DNA from: Armatimonadota bacterium
GTDB taxonomy: Bacteria > Armatimonadota > UBA5829 > DSUL01
DNA: 64,000 bases
Direction: 5' to 3'
Assembly: GCA_039811685.1 (NCBI GenBank)
Contig: JBDHZC010000001.1
Coordinates: 896,001-960,000 of the forward strand
Shown: one piece after another, positions 8,238 through 16,158 of the stretch
How the letters are laid out: every line of letters starts with the position of its first letter
Position numbering within the stretch: the stretch's first letter is position 1
Position numbers and translations under genes: made by a program
The notes under the pieces: generated by a model
What the model was told of the DNA's origin: nothing
Seen by the model: the letters and a program-made list of their open reading frames with translations, nothing else
Database searches by the model: none

Positions 8238-8913
8238 GGAGTGTCCAGAAGGCTTCAAAACCGTCGCGCCACGTGATCTTTTTGCCCTGCCCGTAGGTGC
8301 GAGGAGTGTAGCGGATGGGCATCTCCACAACGCGAGCGCCTTTGCGCAGCAGCTTTGCTGTAACCTCAGGACAGAACTCAAAGCGCTCACAGCGTAGATT
8401 CAGACTCCGAAGTTCATCGGTCCGGATAAGTTTGTAGCACGTGGCTTCATCAGTGAGATGGCCCCGGAACAGCACATTTACGGTGATAGCCAGGATGCGG
8501 TTTGCCACATAATTTGCAAATCGCATAGGTGGGCGAGAAGGCCGGAATCGCGTCCCGTAAACCGCAGAGACGCTCGCGTCCTTGAAAGCCTCAACCAGAA
8601 CCGGCAGATCCTCTGGACTGTATTCGAGATCGGCATCCTGAATGGCGACGATCTCACCGCGCACCTCAGAAACGGCCCTGCGGATGGCCGCGCCTTTCCC
8701 ACGATTCTCAGGCTGCTGAAAGACACGCACGCGGTCGTCGAAGGATCGAGCTATCTCCGCAGTGCGGTCGGTGGATGCGTCGTCCACAACGACTACTTCC
8801 AGATTCAGAGGCAGTGCCAGTACACGCTCCAATACCTCACCAATCGTGTCTTCTTCGTTGTACGCCGGAATGACGACCGAGACGAATGGCGAGTGAGCTA
8901 CGGGATCTGCCAT
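8215..8913 (-). CDS. GT2 glycosyltransferase, DPM1-like (polyprenol-phosphate sugar synthase family)
   Basis: SVVIPAYNEE, VVDDASTD, NRGKGAA, QDADLEY, RFEFCPE, GKKITWRDG; ATG at 8913 overlaps the upstream gene end. Confidence 0.93.
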   Translation of the reverse strand: MADPVAHSPFVSVVIPAYNEEDTIGEVLERVLALPLNLEVVVVDDASTDRTAEIARSFDDRVRVFQQPENRGKGAAIRRAVSEVRGEIVAIQDADLEYSPEDLPVLVEAFKDASVSAVYGTRFRPSRPPMRFANYVANRILAITVNVLFRGHLTDEATCYKLIRTDELRSLNLRCERFEFCPEVTAKLLRKGARVVEMPIRYTPRTYGQGKKITWRDGFEAFWTLLKYRFAR

Positions 8914-10682
8914 ATCTCGACGCCCTGTGACATTGCCGAATCGCCCGGTGAGCGCACCAGTCCCTGGTGGATAGCCTGGTCCCACAGCTCCAGATCGCGC
9001 CCGCTACCTCCAAAGCGCCGATTTATCACCGCGTACTGCCATCCGCGCTGCTTGAGCCAATGGATCATCTCCCCGGCAGAAGAGAACTCTCCATACGGAA
9101 TCACTGCGCTGAGATTCTCATCAGCCCACATATAGGTCTGAGACAGATGGAAGCCTCGCGGTTCACGGTAAAGCAGCACATGGGCGTGCGCTGGCAGGTA
9201 ATCTCGCACCCAGTAGCTGCTCACCTGGCTCTGGATGTAGGAGTCCGGGGAGACTTCCCCGGCAAAAACAGGAAGAACTGGCTGTAGCGCCAGGCCGGTC
9301 AGGACACACGAGACCACCGCGGCGACAACACAAAGGCACCGGGCTGCTTTTCCAAGAACATCCTCCCGCGCAAGCGCCGCTCCGAGCAGAACACACCCAA
9401 GCGCAAGCCCGGGCAACAGATACCGGGTTTGCTGCGATAGAACGAACCAGGCGACAACATAAATTAGAAGCGCCGCCGCAAGAGCCCGCGACCTGCCTTT
9501 CCACCCGAGCACTGAAATGGGAAGCAGCGCGGCGAAGAGCGGGCCGGGACTCCCGAAGATAATGCCGCCATCAATAAACGCGCCCCCTCTGACGATGAAG
9601 TCCCATGGCAGACGCGCAAAATCCAGGATGCTATGCCCCACCCCAAACTTCTGAAACGTCGCCCGGTACATTTCAACGCCGGCGGGACCCCACGCTTTGC
9701 CTCCGAAAACTGAGTAAAGAAACGGGTAAACAGGATTGCCCGTGAACAGAAAAGACTTTGTGTACCAGGGCAGACAAACAGAAGCGGCTACGAGGGCGTA
9801 GACACCGCTGAGAGGCAGTGCCCGGGCAGAGCGCCTGAGACTCCAGTAAAGCCAGGCCAGGACAAGCGCCATCCATAGCAGGCTGAATGTCTTGGTCGCG
9901 GCCGCCATTCCAGCCAGCAGAGCCGAAGCAACCACCCAGCGCATTCTGTTTTTCTGACCTTCCAGAGCAGTGAGAACGGCAAGCGCAGAAAGCACCGTGT
10001 ACGCGGCCGTTGAAAGGTCAATGTAGGCCGCCCCAGCTTCCCACAAGCCAACCGGCATCAACGCGAAAGCAAGGGCAGCCCAGAGAGCGCACCTTTGACC
10101 GAACAGGCGAGCAGCCACAGAACCCGTAGCGGCGGCGCCCAGCAGAAAGAAGACCCAGTGGACGACTTTTGCGCACGGAGGAGCTCCTAAGGCTACAGCA
10201 GGAGCAAAAAGCATCTCAGTGGCGAAGGGAAAGTTCGAATGGTGAATGAACGGAATCCAGTAGAACCCACCGTGCTGGAGGTAAAGCTTTGGGACAGCGA
10301 GATGGTAGCTCAATCCGTCAAAGTCTGTGACGGGAGCGGCGGCGCTGAGCAAAGTCATTCCAAAGAGCAGGCCGAGAAGCGCGACAGCAAACCACTCCGA
10401 GCCTTGCGGTTTCTGAATTCGCTGTGAATTCCTGGCCAAATCTGCCAGCCGGACAACTCCCGCAGCGCACGCTACCAGACTCAAGATATCGAGCAGACCC
10501 GCGCGCCAGAGCTGTGCCGCGCCAAGCAGAAACAGGACGAATGAGGCCGCACCCAGCCCGATTGCTGTTCCTGTGACAAGACGCGTCCAGAAGTGCGCCC
10601 GCCTGCTGACGACTACATCTCCCAGCCAACCACAGCCGAGGCAGGCCATCAAAGTCACCAAAAGCTGAGCCATCGTGATCAA
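8898..10682 (-). CDS. Multi-pass GT-C fold (ArnT/PMT-like) membrane glycosyltransferase
   Basis: More than 12 TM segments; loop DFDGLSYHLAVPK...SNFP..E, YID, TGNPVYPF, RYLLP. Confidence 0.75.
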   Translation of the reverse strand: MITMAQLLVTLMACLGCGWLGDVVVSRRAHFWTRLVTGTAIGLGAASFVLFLLGAAQLWRAGLLDILSLVACAAGVVRLADLARNSQRIQKPQGSEWFAVALLGLLFGMTLLSAAAPVTDFDGLSYHLAVPKLYLQHGGFYWIPFIHHSNFPFATEMLFAPAVALGAPPCAKVVHWVFFLLGAAATGSVAARLFGQRCALWAALAFALMPVGLWEAGAAYIDLSTAAYTVLSALAVLTALEGQKNRMRWVVASALLAGMAAATKTFSLLWMALVLAWLYWSLRRSARALPLSGVYALVAASVCLPWYTKSFLFTGNPVYPFLYSVFGGKAWGPAGVEMYRATFQKFGVGHSILDFARLPWDFIVRGGAFIDGGIIFGSPGPLFAALLPISVLGWKGRSRALAAALLIYVVAWFVLSQQTRYLLPGLALGCVLLGAALAREDVLGKAARCLCVVAAVVSCVLTGLALQPVLPVFAGEVSPDSYIQSQVSSYWVRDYLPAHAHVLLYREPRGFHLSQTYMWADENLSAVIPYGEFSSAGEMIHWLKQRGWQYAVINRRFGGSGRDLELWDQAIHQGLVRSPGDSAMSQGVEIWQIP

Positions 10683-11419
10683 CGCTTGCCCTCCATCAAG
10701 GGTAGCAAACTACCTGTGACCGTCCAGCGACTGCCCGCCCGCTCAGCCTCCACCATACCCGCGAAGTGGCCGTACGCACCGGCCTGGACAATGGAGACGT
10801 GTCCAATGCGTAGCGGCTCCGTCAGTGCGTCGTGGGAATGCCCTCCGACAATGAGGTCAATCTCCGGACAGGCTTCGGCCAGCTCCTTATCGCTTTGCAA
10901 GCCTATGTGGGTCAGGGCAACCAGAAGGTCGCACTCCTCCCGCAACCTACGCGCTACGGTGGGTGCGGTCTTCAGGGGATCGTCAAACACATAGGCCGAA
11001 AACCGCGCCGCGCGGCTGCGATCGCTTACCATAGCGACAGTCACGCCAAAGATGCCGACTCTGAGGCCGCCGCACTCAACAACTACGGAATCTTTACAGG
11101 GAACACAGCCATCAGAGGCAGCGCGGACGTTAGCGCAGAGGACGGGAAAGGACGCGCGGGAGAGCTTTGAGCAGAACCCACGCTGTGTGAAGTGAAATTC
11201 GCGGTTACCCAGCGCCATAGCGTCGTAGCAGGCAAGATTCATCAGGTCAAAGACCGGTTCCCCACCCGGGCGAAAATAGACATTCCCAGCCCATACCGCA
11301 TCTCCCGCATCCAGCAGAAGAGCGCAGTTTTCGCTCTTGAGACGCCGCAGTTCTTCAGCGGCAGTCACATTGAGGCGGTTGTGCAGGTCGTTGGTGTGGA
11401 CAATCCGAATCCGCGCCAT
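10679..11419 (-). CDS. Stand-alone 5'-nucleotidase-type (calcineurin-like) metallophosphoesterase domain
   Basis: HTNDLH, DAGD, LGNREF, LTHIG, GGHSH; no C-terminal substrate-binding domain. Confidence 0.85.
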   Translation of the reverse strand: MARIRIVHTNDLHNRLNVTAAEELRRLKSENCALLLDAGDAVWAGNVYFRPGGEPVFDLMNLACYDAMALGNREFHFTQRGFCSKLSRASFPVLCANVRAASDGCVPCKDSVVVECGGLRVGIFGVTVAMVSDRSRAARFSAYVFDDPLKTAPTVARRLREECDLLVALTHIGLQSDKELAEACPEIDLIVGGHSHDALTEPLRIGHVSIVQAGAYGHFAGMVEAERAGSRWTVTGSLLPLMEGKR

Positions 11420-11422
11420 TCT

Positions 11423-12001
11423 CTATCCGTTGACGACGCTGAAGCCTTCGACTTCGATGTCCGGCAGAAAACCAGCGACTACATGCTCCCAGCGCCCCTG
11501 TTGACGCAGGATCAACTCGATGATCTCCCTTACAGCGCCAAACCCACCCTGTCTTTTCGTGATGTAGTGCGCCTGGTCCAAAACCTCAGGCGCAGCGTTC
11601 GGAACTGTCGCGCAGAACCCGACACTGCGCATCGGAGCGAGGTCATTGAGATCGTCTCCGACGTAAGCGAACTCACTCCACGGAATCTCAAACTGCTGGG
11701 ACACCTCCGCCAGTGGAACCATCTTGTTACCCACGCCCAGGTGGTGGGCGCTGACCCTCAGATGCTCAGCCCGCAATCTGACAGCATCCGTCCAGTTTCC
11801 GCTGATCAGGACGACTTTGAGCCCGGCTTCAAGCGCCGCATGGATGCCCATACCGTCCTGTACGTGGAAGCCCGTTGGCGCGACGGCGCCATCCGGATAG
11901 TAAACCAGCCGCCCATCAGTCAGCACTCCGTCCACATCGAGCACAAGACAACGAACTTTGTGGATACGCTCAATAATGCCGGCTGAAAGCTGGGGCGTCA
12001 A
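11423..12001 (-). CDS. kdsC: KDO-8-phosphate phosphatase (HAD, KdsC family)
   Basis: DVDGVLTDG, FHVQDG.GI, YVGDDLND, GGFGAVRE; coupled to kdsD (TTGA overlap). Confidence 0.92.
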   Translation of the reverse strand: MTPQLSAGIIERIHKVRCLVLDVDGVLTDGRLVYYPDGAVAPTGFHVQDGMGIHAALEAGLKVVLISGNWTDAVRLRAEHLRVSAHHLGVGNKMVPLAEVSQQFEIPWSEFAYVGDDLNDLAPMRSVGFCATVPNAAPEVLDQAHYITKRQGGFGAVREIIELILRQQGRWEHVVAGFLPDIEVEGFSVVNG

Positions 12002-12987
12002 ACCAGACCGGCCTTGGTAAGGTCTTTCAGCATCAACACTCCCACCGGCTTGCCACTCTCAAGAACTGGAAGGTCTCCTATCTTGCGCTCCTCCATGATA
12101 TGCAATCCTTCTACGGCAAGGCGCTCCGGGCTGGTGGTAACGGCTGGCGACGTCATCACCTCGTGAGCAGAGGCTGTCAGGGAGCCGTCAGCGAGGAGAT
12201 GCCTCCGCACGTCTCCGTCCGTAATGACGCCGACAAATGCACCTGTCTCATCTACTACGCAGGCCGCCCCCGCCCCAGCGCCAGTGATGGCAAAAAGCGC
12301 GTCTTTGAGGGAGGCCGTTGTTGAGCATACGGCAATTTCGGCGCCCGAGCGCATGATGTCGCGAACCTTGAGAATGAGCCTTCGCCCGAGAGACCCAGAA
12401 GGGTGGAAACGCGCAAAGTCTTCCCGCGTGAACCTGCGCTCCTGCATCACCGCCAGCGCCAGAGCGTCGCCAAGCGCCAAAGCCGCCGTTGTGCTGCAGG
12501 TCGGCGCCAGTCCCAGCGGACAGGCTTCGCGCTCAACCGTCACATCCAGCACGGTATCGGCAGCTTGAGCAAGAGGAGACCCGGGGGAACCAGTGAACGC
12601 AATGCAGCGCGCTCCGATCCGCGTCACGACAGGCAGGATGTTCAAAATCTCATCTGACTGTCCGCTGTAAGACAGCACAATGACAATATCATCTGAAGTG
12701 ACGACTCCCAGATCCCCGTGCACACCCTCTGCAGGGTGTAGGAAGAGCGCAGGCGTCCCGGTGCTTGAAAGAATTCCCGCCATCTTTCGCGCGATAGCGC
12801 CGGATTTCCCCACCCCTGTGACAACGACCCGCCCTGAGCACCCAAGCAACATCTGAACAGCCTGGTCGAAGGCGCTGTCCAGGCGCGAGGCCAGGGATCG
12901 GACAGCGTCGGACTCCATAAGCAGCACTTCTCGCGCAAGAGTGATCGCCGGGGAAACAGACTCAGAGGCAATGGACTTGGTAGGCAT
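11998..12987 (-). CDS. kdsD: Arabinose-5-phosphate isomerase (KpsF/GutQ family; SIS + CBS)
   Basis: TGVGKSG, STGTPA.FLHPAE..HGDLG, EACPLGLAPT.STT, FHPSGSLG, two CBS domains. Confidence 0.95.
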   Translation of the reverse strand: MPTKSIASESVSPAITLAREVLLMESDAVRSLASRLDSAFDQAVQMLLGCSGRVVVTGVGKSGAIARKMAGILSSTGTPALFLHPAEGVHGDLGVVTSDDIVIVLSYSGQSDEILNILPVVTRIGARCIAFTGSPGSPLAQAADTVLDVTVEREACPLGLAPTCSTTAALALGDALALAVMQERRFTREDFARFHPSGSLGRRLILKVRDIMRSGAEIAVCSTTASLKDALFAITGAGAGAACVVDETGAFVGVITDGDVRRHLLADGSLTASAHEVMTSPAVTTSPERLAVEGLHIMEERKIGDLPVLESGKPVGVLMLKDLTKAGLV

Positions 12988-13056
12988 GGTCGAGTATCGA
13001 TACGTGCGCGCCTTGCAGAGTGAAAGAGACGGTCTGCCGCGCGCACATCCGTGGGC

Positions 13057-13085
13057 ATTATAGGTTGGCCGCCATGTGCTGTCAA
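13057..13085 (-). promoter_or_regulatory. Consensus sigma70 promoter for the kdsD operon
   Basis: Minus strand reads TTGACA-17 nt-TATAAT exactly, 70 nt upstream of the kdsD ATG. Confidence 0.85.
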
Positions 13086-13199
13086 ACAGAAGCACAGTTC
13101 AGAAAAATGCGTAGCGGACATTGCCCGATCGCCAGTTGTGTCGTAGCATTAGAGCAGGCGACAACAGACAACCGCTTCCCAACATGGTATGACGTATTT

Positions 13200-15989
13200 A
13201 TGATGCGACTCGGACGAATTGTGTTTTTGACTTTGCTTCTCCTGCCTGTAGCTTTCGGCGTCGAGGCACAGGTGCAGTTTATGGGGTCTTACACGCAGGA
13301 CTTCAACGGGATGGGAGCAAGCGGCGTTACGGTCCCGGAGAACTGGTTCGTTGGCGGGCGCTCTGGTGTGGACGGAGCAGTTGATTCCTCTGGCAACGGC
13401 ATTGTCACAGGCACGAGTGTTGAAGCAGACGACGGCAGTATCTCTGACACACAAAGCGCTTACGGGAGTTTCAACTATGGCGCGGCTGGGTCATCCGCCC
13501 GCTGTCTGGGGTCTGTCGCATCATCCACGATGGGGCACCGCGCCATGGAAGTTCGGCTTCAGAACAAAATGGGCGCGCCGATCACGTACTTTTCAATAAC
13601 CTACGACGGGAAGCAGTGGCGAAAAGAAAACACAGGCGCTCAGGTGCTGGTTATGAAGTACAGCACGGATGGCGTGAACTTCGTGGATATGGGCCCGCTG
13701 TTCACCTTCACTTCGAGAGCGAATAACGAAGGCAGCGGAGCGATTGATGGCAACAGGTATGTGACGTTTGGCATTGGTGGAATCTACATCCCGGCCGCTC
13801 CCCTGCCCGCGAACTACATCTTTCATCTGAGGTGGTTTGACCGCAACGACTCTGGCGCAGATCATGGACTGGCGATAGACAACGTCGTCGTCACCGGATA
13901 CACCGGCCTGCCACCTGCACAGGTGACACGCGGCCCGTACCTGCAGATGGGGACACCGACAAGCGCCACAGTGCGCTGGCGAACCACCTATGCCACAGAC
14001 AGCCGTGTTCGCTACGGTCTGGACCCGAATCTTCTGAACCAGACCGCGGACAATCCCGCAAGTACGACGGAGCATGTTGTGCAGGTTACGGGTCTATCTC
14101 CTGAGACACGCTACTACTACTCCGTTGGAAGTACGACAGAAACGATCGTTGGTGGAGATTCGACCTACTATTTTGAAACTTATCCGACTGAAGGGCAGGA
14201 CAAACCGACGCGCGTCTGGATTGTGGGAGATTCGGGCACAGGAGACTCAAGTCAGAAGGCCGTGCGCGACGCCTACTACAACCTCACTGGAAACAGGCAT
14301 ACGGACGTCTGGTTGATGCTGGGTGACAACGCCTACACAAGCGGGCTGGATATCGAATATCAGAAGGGCTTGTTCAACATCTACACAACGCTGCAGCGTA
14401 CGAGCTTCCTGTGGCCCACCATTGGCAATCACGATACCAATGAGTCTATCAATCCCCCGCCGAGCCTGCCATATTTTCAGATATTCAGTGTGCCAACAAA
14501 CGGGGAGGCAGGTGGAAATCCTTCCGGGACCGAGAAGTATTACAGTTTTGACTTTGGACAGGTCCACTTCATCTGTCTGGACTCGCAGTCTTCTGACAAA
14601 TCCGCAAACGGCGCGATGGCTCAGTGGCTGGTTAACGATCTGAATATGCCATCCACCAAGTCAAAACGCTGGATCATTGCGTACTTCCACCACCCGCCCT
14701 ATACACACGGGTCTCACAATTCAGACACGTCTCAGACCTGCATTGATGTGCGCACTAATATCGCGCCCATACTCGAGAACGGAGGAGTAGATCTGGTATT
14801 GAGCGGCCACAGTCATTCGTATGAGCGCTCCGTTCTGCTGGACGGGCATTACGGGGTGTCTTCGACGCTCTCGGCGGCAATGAAACTGGATCCAGGGAGT
14901 GGACGAATTGAAGAAAGTGGTCCTTATGTGAAACCGACGTACGGCATCGCGCCGCACGAGGGCACAGTCTATGTCGTAGCGGGAAGCTCAGGAAAAACCA
15001 GCGGCGGTCCGCTGGACCATCCGGCTATGTACACAGGAATGAACACACTGGGGTCAGTCGTTCTGGACGTAAGCGCAGGTCGCCTTGACTCCCGCTTTCT
15101 GGACTCTACGGGCCTTGTGCGAGATCACTTCACTATTGTGAAGGGGCGTCCTTCCGTAAGCATCACGTCTCCCGCGCCAACGGCGGTGCTGGATGTCTCC
15201 GAAGAGCTCAGTATTACAGCCGCTGCATCAGCGCAGGCAGCCGAGATAACAAAGGTGGAGTTTCTGGACGGCGAAACGGTCTTTGCTGAGGACACTGACG
15301 CATCGGACGGCTTCAGCGCCACCTTCAGCAGCCAGACTCCAGGCAAGCACGAGATCAGGGCCCGAGCGACAGACTCCAATACAGCCAGGGCTACATCGGC
15401 TCCGGTCTTTGTGTATGTTGTCGAGAACAAGGATTCGGCTGGCGCAGCAAGGCGTGCCAGCGACGGCACAGCAGTGTCAGTACACGGTCTTGTCGTGTCC
15501 CTCGCGGTTGAAGACGAAGGCTTTTTCTATGCCCAGCAGCCTGACGGATCCGCAGGGTTGAGAATTGACAGCGCATCTGTAGCGCCTGTGGGAGCAAAGA
15601 TTGACGTGCGCGGAATTGTTGCCACGCTTGCGAACGGTGAGCGCGCTCTGACGGATGCCCTCTGGTCTGCAACTGGCACAGGGCCATTGGTCGTGCGCGG
15701 AACCAAGAATGCGAGCGTGGGAGGCAGCGGTTACATCGGTGATTCTGCAAACCTGACAAATCAGGGATTACTCGTGCGCGCCTGGGGCAGAGTAACTAAA
15801 GTGAGCACGGATTATTTCCTGATGGATGACGGCTCGGACGTACCTTCCGGTGACACCGAAGCGGGGATCAAGGTAATCGGCGCTCCGCTTCCGGCGGCCG
15901 GTGACTATGTCACTGTAGTTGGCGTTGTCGCCTCGGAAGCGGCTGACGGTGGATATATCCGTCTGCTGCGGGCAGTCCCTGAGCCGTAG
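13200..15989 (+). CDS. Secreted purple-acid-phosphatase-like metallophosphoesterase with N-terminal beta-domain, FN3/Ig domains and a conserved C-terminal domain
   Basis: Signal peptide (VEA-Q); RGPYLQ; VGDSG, LGDNAY, IGNHD, FHHPPY, SGHSHSY; Ig-like domain (PSVSITSP...KVEF); C-terminal ~185 aa homologous to that of the 40495-42717 protein. Confidence 0.9.
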   Translation: MMRLGRIVFLTLLLLPVAFGVEAQVQFMGSYTQDFNGMGASGVTVPENWFVGGRSGVDGAVDSSGNGIVTGTSVEADDGSISDTQSAYGSFNYGAAGSSARCLGSVASSTMGHRAMEVRLQNKMGAPITYFSITYDGKQWRKENTGAQVLVMKYSTDGVNFVDMGPLFTFTSRANNEGSGAIDGNRYVTFGIGGIYIPAAPLPANYIFHLRWFDRNDSGADHGLAIDNVVVTGYTGLPPAQVTRGPYLQMGTPTSATVRWRTTYATDSRVRYGLDPNLLNQTADNPASTTEHVVQVTGLSPETRYYYSVGSTTETIVGGDSTYYFETYPTEGQDKPTRVWIVGDSGTGDSSQKAVRDAYYNLTGNRHTDVWLMLGDNAYTSGLDIEYQKGLFNIYTTLQRTSFLWPTIGNHDTNESINPPPSLPYFQIFSVPTNGEAGGNPSGTEKYYSFDFGQVHFICLDSQSSDKSANGAMAQWLVNDLNMPSTKSKRWIIAYFHHPPYTHGSHNSDTSQTCIDVRTNIAPILENGGVDLVLSGHSHSYERSVLLDGHYGVSSTLSAAMKLDPGSGRIEESGPYVKPTYGIAPHEGTVYVVAGSSGKTSGGPLDHPAMYTGMNTLGSVVLDVSAGRLDSRFLDSTGLVRDHFTIVKGRPSVSITSPAPTAVLDVSEELSITAAASAQAAEITKVEFLDGETVFAEDTDASDGFSATFSSQTPGKHEIRARATDSNTARATSAPVFVYVVENKDSAGAARRASDGTAVSVHGLVVSLAVEDEGFFYAQQPDGSAGLRIDSASVAPVGAKIDVRGIVATLANGERALTDALWSATGTGPLVVRGTKNASVGGSGYIGDSANLTNQGLLVRAWGRVTKVSTDYFLMDDGSDVPSGDTEAGIKVIGAPLPAAGDYVTVVGVVASEAADGGYIRLLRAVPEP

Positions 15990-16031
15990 CACATAGCTTC
16001 TCATAGTCCACGGCGCCATTTCACTCACGGT

Positions 16032-16059
16032 GGAAACCCGTCGAGCGTCGTTCGTCTAT
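16032..16059 (+). promoter_or_regulatory. ECF-sigma-type promoter candidate (GGAAAC-N15-CGTC)
   Basis: GGAAAC ccgtcgagcgtcgtt CGTC tat, about 100 nt upstream of the 16159 ATG. Confidence 0.4.
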
Positions 16060-16158
16060 CCGGGCAGGAAACAGGCCCTCATCCGCCAAAGATGTTGCCG
16101 GGCGTCTTCCACCGGCGCGGCGTCCCCCTTTTCAGATCTGGCGTCGGGGGCAGGACTG

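Noticed and set aside
12988..13199. Long N-terminal extensions of kdsD (to 13095) and of the phosphatase (from 13020)
   Set aside because: They overlap each other and a perfect sigma70 promoter; downstream ATGs give normal N-termini and a signal peptide.
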